Origin: Centroscyllium fabricii
Taxonomy: Eukaryota
Reading direction: 5' to 3'
DNA length: 64,000 bases
NCBI GenBank assembly: GCA_051313645.2
Contig: JBNRSN020000004.1
Coordinates: 239,816,001 to 239,880,000, forward strand
Part shown: piece after piece, positions 14,323 to 25,357 of the stretch
Layout of the letters: every line of letters starts with the position of its first letter
Position numbering within the stretch: position 1 is the stretch's first letter
The notes under the pieces: generated by a model
Seen by the model: only the letters and a program-made list of their open reading frames with translations
The model's database searches: none
What the model was told of the DNA's origin: nothing
Program-made: the position numbers and the translations under genes

Positions 14323-14607
14323 TGACGTATGACCACGTGAGCACATAATACAGCGCATTATTGTGGCATTTGGATCGGAGACCTATGCTGGCTTCGGCTG
14401 TGATTACGCTTTTCCACTTTCTGTTAAGAGCCAGCTATTTTCTTCTAAAGAGATTGCACTCTGGGCGCTGGATTTCACATGAAGGAATATATGCGAGCAG
14501 GGAGAGATGCTGCATTTAGCGGAATGGATTTTATTTTGAGGTATTTCAAATGCTTCCGTTGATTGTTCATTAATATGGTGAGTTATTGCTGTTCAAGGCA
14601 AAGGTCA
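14323..14607 (+). promoter_or_regulatory. Candidate alternative HoxA3 promoter/exon with nuclear-receptor site
   Basis: TGACGT and CACGTGA (14323-14340); donor ATG|GTGAGT at 14578; AAGGCA-A-AGGTCA (DR1/NBRE-like) at 14595-14607. Confidence 0.45.
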
Positions 14608-15940
14608 GTGGAAAGGCTTACGGGTGTCAGATTGTGCCAGAACACGCGTAGATTCCTTTTTTCTCTGCTTGCTTCGGCACATAATCCATTTCCAATAATA
14701 TTTCTCTCCATATGGTAAATACAAAATAAGGTATTTTGTAGAATACTGTGCGGATCACATGCATGTGTTGTTCCTTAAAACACGAACAATCGAATATTGA
14801 AATCCTGTCAATGGCCGCTCTCTGCCGATTATGTACAAACAAAACATCGTATGTTTATCACATAAAACTCGACGCCAATATATCTGGTTGCAATAGCCGA
14901 TAATAAAAATGATTATTATATCACATGGGCATAAATATACATTTACCCATTTTGACATTTTATTCATTATATAATGTGCTCCAATGTAAGGTTCTTCGTC
15001 CATTTTAGAAATCCAGTCAGCTAGTTTGTGAATTGTGCTGTCTCTGGAATTAGGTTATTAGGGTTTTCGTTACTATGTGTGCGATGCTAAACTCTCAATG
15101 AAACACATCTAATGGATGGGCATTAAATTCTATGTTTCTATAAATGACGTACAGTGATTTTATGAAAAAAAATTAAGGCAGTTCTTCAATGGTTGATTTA
15201 AAAAAGTCATTGTTGTCTAAAAATTGTCCATATTTGTTCATCTTCACAGTGGTAGTATTTGATTAATGTAAGACACAAAGCAGGTTGAATCGGGGGATTA
15301 TTTACTAGCAGGCCATCATTGCGTTGGAATATTGATTGCCTGGAGAATTTAACGAAATAAATTAAAAGGAGATAGAACCTAAACCAATACTGCCATTAAA
15401 AAAAGAATACATGCGCGATGAATAAAAGGCAGGAAAAGACTGGTTATGTTATGCTGGGGGCGCAAATGTTATATAAAATTGCACCCACCACTGAGTCCTG
15501 CTCAGGAAAGGTCAGAGTGTTGCGATTTGATTTATGTTTTCGGTATGCTGGGACAGCCGTGCCAGTGCAATCTGCGTTAACGAATGCTTTACTTCTTTTT
15601 ATATATGACAAATCACATTGGCAATTATTGATAGCCAGATCAGTACCCTACCGTAATTCTACCAATCGCGTAAAATAAAGCTAAATATGTGTGTGTGTGG
15701 AGGGGGGCGTTATTGTAAATAAGCTAAGTTAATTTCTGCGATATATTCAGTCCTACACTACATGGATATGAACAAAATACATGTATTGGAGGATATCACT
15801 ACTTTGCAAACTATGTGGACGCAAAATGCATCATGCCCGTACTTTAAACATTTTTGTTATTTTTTGTCCTCATTGGACTTTGAAGGCTCGATTTTTTTCC
15901 TCTATTTAAAATCTTGCATTACATTTGCAGTTTTTAGTCT

Positions 15941-15970
15941 CCCCCCCCCCCCCCCCCCACCCTCCCAACC
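15941..15970. repeat. Poly-C tract (C18 plus C-rich tail)
   Basis: 18 consecutive C followed by ACCCTCCCAACC. Confidence 0.9.
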
Positions 15971-17280
15971 TTAAATGCAAAAACTGGGCAAAGATTTTTG
16001 GTAAATACATTAAAAATGTAATTGCAGTTCGGTTACACGTCACTGTTTCTTTCTGATTTATTATCAAGTCTTGGCGCAAATTTGACAAGGCTGAAACTCA
16101 CATAAATAATACAGTTGTTTTACAGTGTTTGAGAGCAAATGAGAATTGGATTAGTACAGATGCATTTGAAAAAGATACTTACATAAAGTACCTTATTAGC
16201 TACGGCGCACAGAAAATCTACAAGGTTTTTTATGATAAATCCTTAGCTTGCAAGATTTCGTTCAATATTCAACAAAAATCTTAACGTAGTTCAGAGATTA
16301 TTTTCTCATTTATTGGAATGTTATAATATGTGTATAATTGATTCAAGATGTTAGGTTGGTTTCTGTCCGTTAACAATCCATGTAGAATTAGTCCAAGTAC
16401 TTAAAACAAGGATCTCAGTTCTCCGGCGCCTTTTCTTTCACTCCGTGAAAATTAATGGTTTCTCGTTTCCGTTCCAGACTTTATCGTAAATAACATTTCT
16501 ATGACCAGAGGCTTTTCAGTGAGACTGAACAAACTTTCGGTGAGTTTTCTGAACTATTATGATTTTTAAAAATACATATGGTCGTTAAAAGCTCGAAATG
16601 CAATCATTGCAAAGTGTCATGTTTATTAGCCCCAGTGCAGGCGGTGGGTGATGTTGAGCATCTAATAAAATAACCACAATAGGCTATTACAATTTAAATC
16701 ACAAGTGGGTTATAGAATAGTCCGATAAATAAACACAAATATATTAACTATAGAGGAAGTTAAAGAAATCATACATTATAGGTCGTAAAATTGATGCTAA
16801 TTCATTGCAGATAACATTATTTAAGTATTAAAGATGGCTGACGGAAATGTAAACTTTGGGTTATGGTCTTCGAATTTCGAGCAAGCTATCTTGGAAATGG
16901 AAGTTATGACTGCTGCAATAAAATATCAACACCTTGTAAAATAGCAGTGGGATCTATCGCTTTGATTAAGCCCCCTCTCTCTCTCTTCGTTTGCTTTCTC
17001 TTTGTAAAACTTAGCAACTAGCTGCAGGGAGAGTCGTCAATCACGAAGGCGTAAAACATTTCTTATCCAGTATTTTAGTTCGCTGCACCCAACGACCTGG
17101 CGATGATTTTAGAAGGCGCGCTGACACAAACCGGGCGCTTTCGATTTCTATCCAGCCGCTTCTTAACTGAAACCCACTGAGCCAAACTAAGTTACAGAAA
17201 GTTTAAAAAAAATCCAGCTCCCGTTGGCGTTACTTTTATGCCATCTTCCTACGACCTCAAGAGAAAGAGAAAAAGTTGGA

Positions 17281-17530
17281 GTCAGCACTTTAAGAAAAGT
17301 GTACGGGCTGATCATTGACAATAAAGTACTTCACTACAGATAGAACATTGAGCGGCTTACTTGAAAAGTTGCATACGAGTGAATTTTTGCCCCTATCTTC
17401 CCTCCTACGCTGCTTGGCTTCCCCTTTCATGTAGTTGCATCGCAATAAGCGATAGGAGCAAGTGTTTTCTCTTTAGTGCTCTGTTTACAGCCTGAGTGCA
17501 TGAAGTCATAAATCTTGCGTAGCCATAAAC
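17281..17530 (+). promoter_or_regulatory. HoxA3 rhombomere 5/6 enhancer (Kreisler/MafB, Hox-Pbx and Meis sites)
   Basis: GTCAGCA (MARE half-site TGCTGAC on - strand) 17281-17287; TGATCATTGAC overlapping TGACAA 17309-17321; TCATAAATCT 17506-17515; same order as the described Hoxa3 r5/r6 enhancer. Confidence 0.75.
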
Positions 17531-18504
17531 GACAGAAGCATTGGTATGCACAAGGGGTGACTATAGCTCATATACTCTTTCACTCCTCGCCTTTCAGCCT
17601 CGGGTTTTCTTCTGAAGTGTAACTTTTCACTCCTGTGCCTGAAACATTTTTACTTCAGCATCTTTAACACCTTTAGTTCCCTCAATACTAAGATATTGGC
17701 TCTGCTTCAGAACCAATAGAACCTGTTTGAAACCGGCTGTAATTGCTGCCTTGTGCCATATTCCCTCCGAACTATTCTCATGCTGTACTTCAAACAAAGG
17801 CCTTTCGTTGCAACAAGGAGTTAATAAAAGTTAAGGCAGCACTTTTAACGCGGAAGATTAAAAGCATGTTTAAAGAATGTTTACCTTTATATAATTTAAA
17901 CATAATTATTATTAAAATGTGATTTGATTGAAATGGGCCGAGTTTGTTTCAAGTTATGATTGCAGAGATTCAATGATTGCCAAACCCAAGCGCTTGTGTC
18001 CTCCGCGTTGGTTAATTTGCATAATTTTTCACTTGTGACGCTATGTTTCGGGGGAGTTTACCCAGCCTGTCTGTTCAGTACTCCCAGACAGCAATCTTAA
18101 AATCCGCGCTTTTAGCATTCAATATTCATAAGAAACATACCCCATTTCTTTGGTATTAGATAAGAGCAGCCAGGAAAGCTGATAGCAGTCTTATCTCCCT
18201 GACCAGGGCGCGCTACCAGAATCACAGGGCTGTCTATCGAAAAGCTAGAGCCTTCTCTCCAGTTCTTTGCAGCTCTACCATTTTCCTTTCCCCATTTGCC
18301 GTTGTCGCCAACGAGTGAATTTCAGCGCATAAGAGTAACTGTTTACCTTCATTCTACTTAATTTGGAAGTTCTGAAACTCCTGCTTATCGATTTCCCCGG
18401 TGATTCTGAAAATATTGTGCCGTGGTCTGCGTCTATCGTCAGAGGCTAAGGTAAGCTGGACACAAATAGGCTATCACTCGTGAATGGCGGAGTTTATGTC
18501 CCAG

Positions 18505-18549
18505 TGATTTATGACCATATGACTTAAATCTCGGTTCAAGAAGAGTTCA
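18505..18549 (+). promoter_or_regulatory. Hox-Pbx site and DR5 RARE upstream of HoxA3
   Basis: TGATTTATGAC 18505-18515; GGTTCA-agaag-AGTTCA 18533-18549 (Hox3-group RARE). Confidence 0.85.
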
Positions 18550-21500
18550 CATGCTATAGCTTCCTTTCACGTCGTGACTGATACCCGTAGGCTTCGAATT
18601 CAAGTCTTTTATTTCTATTTTCTGCTTCTCCTTCGCCGTTGATCGGTTTCTTTGAGATATTTCCCTCTACATTTTCCAAGTTTTGTGAATTTATTGTTGC
18701 CTATAATGCCGCCTGAGGCAAATCTATACACATGAACTAAGAAACACTGTTGCTCTTGGTGGAATCTGGGTTCCAGTGCTTTCTTTTTCAACTTTTTCTA
18801 CCTTTCTTACCTTTAGAGATGTTAGAGGGAACGCAGAACGTGGAACGTTGTTTATGGTGGCAATTTATTTGCAAACATGCTTTTACGCCTAGGCTTATTT
18901 GTATTATTAGTTGGAAAACATTACATTAATTTAACAAATACCTAACGTGGAGGGAAGTTTGTTAGCGAATGAGTCCATATTTCACTCCAATAGATAACAT
19001 TTTTCTTCTGCTGTGCTGGCCGATTAGCAGTAAAACTATATATAAGAATAAAACAGCGGCTGTATTGTCATTACAACGTGTCAGTTTCCAGTCACAAACC
19101 ATCTTTGTACTGAAACATATGAACAGAATGAGAAAGAATAGCACTCCGAGGTATATATTTTTTTAAAGATTAGGAAAATTGAAGAAAGTGGTTTACAAAT
19201 ACTGAAGGGTGCCTGAGTGTAATGGCGTAGAATTAGACGTAGAGTGTTACACAGGTGAGTGAGGTTGTATGTGTTGTTGAAAGAAAAATGGCGGACAGCA
19301 CGCAGGTCTGAGAAACCAAATGAAGATTTCGATGTGTGAGCTCCGATTATCAAGGAGTTCCAATCATTATTTTTCATAATGGAAGGAGTAAAACACAGCG
19401 TTTTCCTAATAGTTTATTTCTGCTTGCTTGAGAACAAGTTTTGATAATATAGCAAGAATAACTCGAGACAATGCAAATTATTGACAACTCCTTAAGAGTC
19501 AAACCCAATAATTCAATAACTTTTATGTTACTGTCGCCTATGGTGGTAACCAGCTCCTTAAAATTATCCAAGGGCCTGTGGTTTCAGGCGTAGCACTGGA
19601 CAGTTTGCTGTACATCACTCATTATTTAACGATTTCAGCTTTAGAAAATGCTTCGGGAAATTTAAGTGCTGCGAACAACAACAATGGCAGAGTCTAAGGG
19701 CAGGACGTTACAATTATCTTTCAAAAGCATGTTTTGTTGCTTGGAGCGTCCAGTTTCAGAAACACACAAAAATGTTATTTAAAACCTGTACTTAGCACAA
19801 CTCTGTCCTCCCTTGCTGACATTAGCAGCTTCGCTTTCGCTTTCGCTTACAACTCTAAAAAATAACAGCAGCCTTGAAGTTCAGGTCATATTCAAAGGGA
19901 TATAGCAAAATATGTTTTACAGAAATCTAAGAATGTACAAGATTCGAAACGGACAATGCAGTACATTTGGCCGTCAACAAAATTGTAGGAAACACACAGA
20001 AAACATTTTGAAACAATCAGGTTTAAAATGAGCAGTAAAGCTCTGTTTACCAGAAGCTTGAACTATTTTCTTAGCAGTCCCACAAAATGGAAGGGCTCGC
20101 TTTAAAAGAGTATTTTCCTTTGTATTAGTGTGACTGGGGCAAAGAAAGGCCTAGCAAACAATGGTTTGCTCGACTAGATTTTCAAAATAAAAAAAGTCTC
20201 TTTATAATAACCAATCGATAGATATCTTAAACTGCAGAAAGTGCGCGTTTGTGACAAAATATCCAAATATTTTTTGTAGATTAAACAAAGATCTGCAGGC
20301 CCAGAATGAGCTTTGTATATCCGAAGCGAAAATAATTCGATTTTGTCCTTTCAATTGATTTTTATTCCATGCGAGATGCAATTTAAAATTATTCTTTAAC
20401 TAAGATATAAGGTTTATTGGATTTTCAGGAAGATGATAATTAACTGAAACACTTGAATAGGATAGTGCTATGTTTACTGCCGGTTTCTCATGATGCAGGC
20501 GCTTTATGTGGGCTGGGCTCCCAACTCTTCCCCCGGCCCAGTGACCCCCATACATCAAATTACGAGCAGTTCCAGAGACAGAGCCTATTATCGGTTGGTT
20601 GGAAGAAAAGTTCACACCGTGGTCATGAAGAAGAACGCCAGTTTTTCAGGTTCCTGGTGCTTTCCGATCCATCATGCTTTTAGCAGGTAGAATTCAAACA
20701 GTAAAAAGAACCCTTGGAAATTTCCGCCAGACCAAATGGTGACCTGTTAAAAGTGGAACCAACAAAAAGCAAGACATTTCTACCCGCCAGTCTGTATAAA
20801 TCTGGAGAGCCAAACCAAACACTAGTTAAAATGCAATGATATCAAACACAGACCACTTAATGTCCACTTAGGGCACTGAATGTTTGTTCCACGTTCCGGG
20901 TTTGAGAATGGCGAGAACAGTATTTTAACACTCTTTTCCAAAGAAACATCTTTATTACAATACCAGTGATGCCTGTTACACGAGAGAAATGCACAAATAC
21001 GAGCTAACACTACTAAACGGTCAGCGGCAAAATCTGCCAATATTTTTAAATGATAGCGTTTTCACGCGGTGCCGCAATTAACTTGCTAGCTATGATTTGA
21101 ATATAACATTAAAATAAACACATACATAAATTAGAGTTTTTTTTGTGGTTTTCTTTGCAGAAAGTTTTAGCTGCTAAATCTGGTTTAATTCGGTTTCACT
21201 TTTTAACAAATCATTAACTTGTCACAGTGATTGCATCATTTGAATTTCATCTCATTAGATCTGCTTGAGATGTAACTAACGAATCACATATTTACAATTG
21301 AGTCCGGTTTCCACAGATGTAGAGTTCGCAAAACTGTAACATTCCTTAACCATTGGTTTGAAAATTGTTTTTATATAAACGTATCGTGGTTCTTCTTTTC
21401 AACTACCCAAGAAGAAGGCTGCTCCTAGTTTAACCTACCGAAATCCATGCCTCACGTGAGCCCTTATGTAGTATTGTATTTCCCCATGAGACAAAATAAA

Positions 21501-21844
21501 ATAAAAAGCTGGAATCTGCAGCTACCGATCGTTTGCCGCTCAGCCACACTGAGCATTTACCGCTGAGAATCAGTTTTAAACAGCTGTTATACTCAGATTG
21601 CCCAGGGCTAAGCTGTGTGACCAAATATTGCTGCACACTTTTTTTATGCCTTTTCATGTCAGTTGCTATTGAGAGTAAGATGGATTTGTACCATTTCGCC
21701 ATTATGGTTTTGTTTCTTGTAACCCTAGATCTACCCGAAGAGGCCATTGGAAGAAGAGAGTCAGGTGACACAGGGTGCCAATGTTATTCTATAAGGGTGT
21801 CAAGACCCTGTCAGTTTGCAAAATAAATATTGCGAAACAACGAG

Positions 21845-22310
21845 ATGCAAAAAGCGACATACTACGACAGCTCTGCAATTTTCGGTGGTTACACATACCA
21901 AGGAGCAAATGGTTTTAACTACAATGCCAGTCAGCAGCAATATCCGCCTTCGTCCCACGTGGAAAGCGACTATCATCGACCCGCCTGCTCTCTGCAGTCA
22001 CCTGCTAGCACAGTCTCCCATCACAAACCCAACGATATCAATGAAAGTTGCATGCGAACCAGTGCCAGCCAACCGAGCCACCACCCAGTTATTGCAGAGC
22101 AACAGCAACAGAAGCAGCCACCACCTCCACCTCCACCTCCACCACCACCGTCTGTCTCACCACCCCAAAATACCAGCAGCAACTCGACCCAGTCCAGCAC
22201 AAGCAAAAACCCCACTCTTACCTCACAAACCACCATTAGTAAACACATATTCCCCTGGATGAAAGAGTCGCGTCAAAACGCCAAGCAAAAAAACAGCAGT
22301 TCCAGTTCAG
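21845..22310 (+). CDS. hoxa3: Homeobox protein Hox-A3, coding exon 1
   Basis: [17 protein letters not shown]-terminus, [10 protein letters not shown], polyP run, [13 protein letters not shown] hexapeptide; donor CAG|GTATAT at 22311; upstream acceptor CCCTAG ending at 21728 leaves a 5' UTR part. Confidence 0.95.
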
Positions 22311-22597
22311 GTATATGGCGTCCTGTCTTACCTTTTGATTATCAATCGATATGTCATTGCTACAGTGGGTAAAGTTGCTAATGGAACTATTGGAACTGCA
22401 TAGTGATTGCCCTCATCTTTATAATATACGAACAACTGAATCATTTCAAAATGTGTGGAACCCTGTCCTAAAAATAATGTAGGGGTCATTATCAAACAGT
22501 GATTAGGCAAATAGTCTATAAATATAAGCATTAATATTTCCTAAATGCAGGTTAGGCAATTTAAATATATATTATCTGGAAACAGTTGAAAGAGTGC

Positions 22598-22758
22598 ATC
22601 TCCCCCTCTCTCTCCCTCTTTCTCTCTCCCCTCTCGCTCCCTCTCACGCAATCTCCCATCTCTCTCCCTCTCTCTTCCCTCTCCCTCTCTCCCCATCTCC
22701 CATCTCTCTCCCCCTCTCTCTCCCCTCTCTCTCTCCCTTTCTCCCACCCCTTTTTCTC
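22598..22758. repeat. CT-rich polypyrimidine low-complexity tract in the HoxA3 intron
   Basis: About 160 nt of almost pure C/T on the + strand. Confidence 0.9.
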
Positions 22759-23906
22759 ACATACATACACACATCCTCTACTCTAAATCCACATTTACCT
22801 AAATTATACCAGCTATATCTTAATAATAAGATATAATACACATTTATATAACATACACATATATATCTTCAGTAATGTGCCTATACTCTACCTATGGATC
22901 GTTAAAGGCCCAGGTTTTGGGAGATGAACTGCATATTCTTCACCTAATTTTCAGTTTTAATGACCAGTGTATATATGGTTGGACTTGTACTGTCTATTGT
23001 TCATGTGCAAATATGGAAATATATGCATGCACACAATTCTAATTGATAAAAATAAAATAATAACTAGTGATAACCAGATTTGCAAACAACTGAACTGCTT
23101 GTACTAGTCAAAATGATTTGATAATATTTAGATATCAGATTTACATCTGTGGCTGCAACTGCAAATACACAAACATATACAGGGTATTTGTATTGACAGA
23201 AAAAGAGAGCTATGCTTATAAAGAGCTTTGATAAATTATCTAAACCATAAGAGCAGATAGTAACGTAACTCAAAATCACGACGAGTGGATTTGAATGATC
23301 GTTACTTGTATTTAACATATAATAAAATAGCTCTAGCCAAATGTTGTATTAGCTATCAGTCAATAGCTGGAAAACAATCTTTCTTATCATGTTTGATACC
23401 ACTGTGACATGAACAAGTGTAATTCTTGGAATGGGGGAAGGGCACTGCAATGTGGTTTGTTTGTATTTGTATGTAAAATGGCTCCGGTAGCAAGAAATCG
23501 GTTTACATTTATAAATAATACCCAAACATTATGATTAGATATGTCTATCTGTAGGTAATTCAATGTTATTGGCATGCATCATGGTTTTTAAAAGGTTGTT
23601 CGACTGATTACATCTTGGGTCAAATTCGCACATCGTTTCGGCATTGCCGGTTCAAAACATAACCTTCTGATTGGAATTGTGCTTATAAAAATAAGGCGCA
23701 ATAACTTTTAAACATTGTAATTTAAAGTGTAATTTCAGATTTATTTTCAAGGGTGCATTTTAATAAAAGACTACCTAGCTTTATCAAACGTACATTATTA
23801 TATTTTAATATTAAATAATGAGATACTTGATGATGGTTTATGTGCCTCTATTACTAAGTATAATAATCCAGTAAAGAAGTAACGATTAAGTATTTTTGAG
23901 GGGTGG

Positions 23907-23997
23907 AGAAACATAGAAACATAGAAACTAGGAGCAGGAGTAGGCCATTTGGCCCTTCGAGCCTGCTCCGCCATTCAATGAGATCATGGCTGATCAT
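23907..23997 (-). mobile_element. 3'-terminal fragment of a CR1-type LINE (or a SINE sharing its tail) in the HoxA3 intron
   Basis: Its reverse complement matches the 3' end of the CR1 at about 50600-50687 (ATGATCAGCCATGATC...GGCCTACTCCTGCTCCTA...TTCTATGTTTCTATG), including the 8-nt terminal repeats. Confidence 0.85.
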
Positions 23998-24083
23998 ATG
24001 AACCATTAAGGTTCTAATAATAGGGGCTAATATGTCAACGTAACTTCTTGAGAATATATTAGAATAGGTCACAGAGATAATTT

Positions 24084-24106
24084 TATATATATATATATAT
24101 ATATAT
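24084..24106. repeat. (TA)n microsatellite near the HoxA3 intron acceptor
   Basis: About 11 TA units. Confidence 0.9.
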
Positions 24107-24161
24107 TTTCAACATCCATAATGTCTATAAATAGATTAATCGTTGTTTTCATTATTTACAG

Positions 24162-24934
24162 TTGAAAGTTCTGCTGGTGAAAAAAGTCCTCCTGGTCCAG
24201 CCTCCAAGAGGGCACGCACAGCATACACCAGTGCCCAGCTCGTGGAACTGGAGAAGGAGTTTCACTTTAACCGCTACCTTTGCAGGCCCCGGAGGGTCGA
24301 AATGGCCAACCTGTTAAACCTCACTGAAAGACAGATTAAAATCTGGTTCCAGAATCGTAGAATGAAATACAAAAAGGATCAGAAAGCGAAAGGCATGCTA
24401 ACTTCCTCTGGAGGACAGTCGCCCTGCAGAAGCCCCATCCCACCATCAGCTGCAGGAGGATATGCAAACTCGATGCATTCCTTGGCAACCAGTGCACCAT
24501 ATGACCCCCACTCGCCTACGTCCTTTAGCAAACCTCATCAAAATGCCTATGCTATTCCTACGTCTTACCCTGGGCCCCTCAATAGTTGCCCGCCTCCACA
24601 GAAGAGGTATGCTGGGACGGCAGCTGTGACGCCTGAATATGACACGCATCCTCTTCAAGGCAATGGCGGCTATGGGACTCCTCATTTACAGGGTAGCCCA
24701 GTGTATGTTGGAGGGAACTTTGTGGAATCCATGCCGAGCTCTGGGCCTTCCCTTTTCAGCCTAACCCATCTCGGCCATCCTCCCTCTGGAAACATGGACT
24801 ACAATGGTGCAGGGCCAATGACCAGCAACCATCACCATGGACCTTGTGACCCACATCCCACATACACAGACCTTTCTTCACACCATCCGTCTCAGGGAAG
24901 ACTTCAGGAAGCGCCGAAACTGACCCATCTGTAA
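24162..24934 (+). CDS. hoxa3: Homeobox protein Hox-A3, coding exon 2 (homeodomain); spliced CDS 1239 nt = 412 aa
   Basis: Acceptor TTTACAG ending at 24161; [38 protein letters not shown]...; C-terminal [13 protein letters not shown]; stop TAA. Confidence 0.95.
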
Positions 24935-25212
24935 TGGACCAGTTAGCTCTTGGTGGACTATCACTTTCTCATGCTTTTATGTCATGTTATCTATGATTAC
25001 ACTCCCTCTTCCCCCTCCCCTTTTTTGATTTAGTATCAACCTTTATAGTTTACATGTAATGTTGTACCTATCAACAACCAATCCTTGCTTGCATTGCTCC
25101 GTCTCTGGTTAGTGGTTGTTCTTTTCATGGACTCCAGCCTTAGCATTCAGTAGTAGAAGTGAAGTACTGAGGCTTACAGAACTTTGCATATATAATCTTC
25201 TATTCTTATGGA

Positions 25213-25357
25213 ACAGGGTATATGAACAAATTTTCTAAAATTACTTAAAGGTGAATTTGTTCGTGCTTTATTTTTCCTTGCGAGGAACAGTAAAATGGTT
25301 TATATTGCACTTCTTTACATTGAATGGTAAAACAAGATCAAAGCGCTTGTACAGGGT
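25213..25357 (+). promoter_or_regulatory. Two miR-10 seed sites in the HoxA3 3' UTR
   Basis: 8mer ACAGGGTA 25213-25220 and 7mer-m8 ACAGGGT 25351-25357; AATAAA at 25790. Confidence 0.7.

Noticed and set aside
5200-21700. Many 60-110 aa ORFs in the A4-A3 interval
   Set aside because: No recognisable domains, and composition typical of AT-rich non-coding DNA
21830-21844. N-terminal extensions of HoxA3 (and HoxA2 at 29570) from TTG/GTG starts in the ORF track
   Set aside because: Artefact of bacterial-style start calling; the conserved proteins begin MQKATYY and MNYEFERE
22541-22841. ER/GR-rich and SL-rich ORFs
   Set aside because: Translations of the CT-rich intronic low-complexity tract
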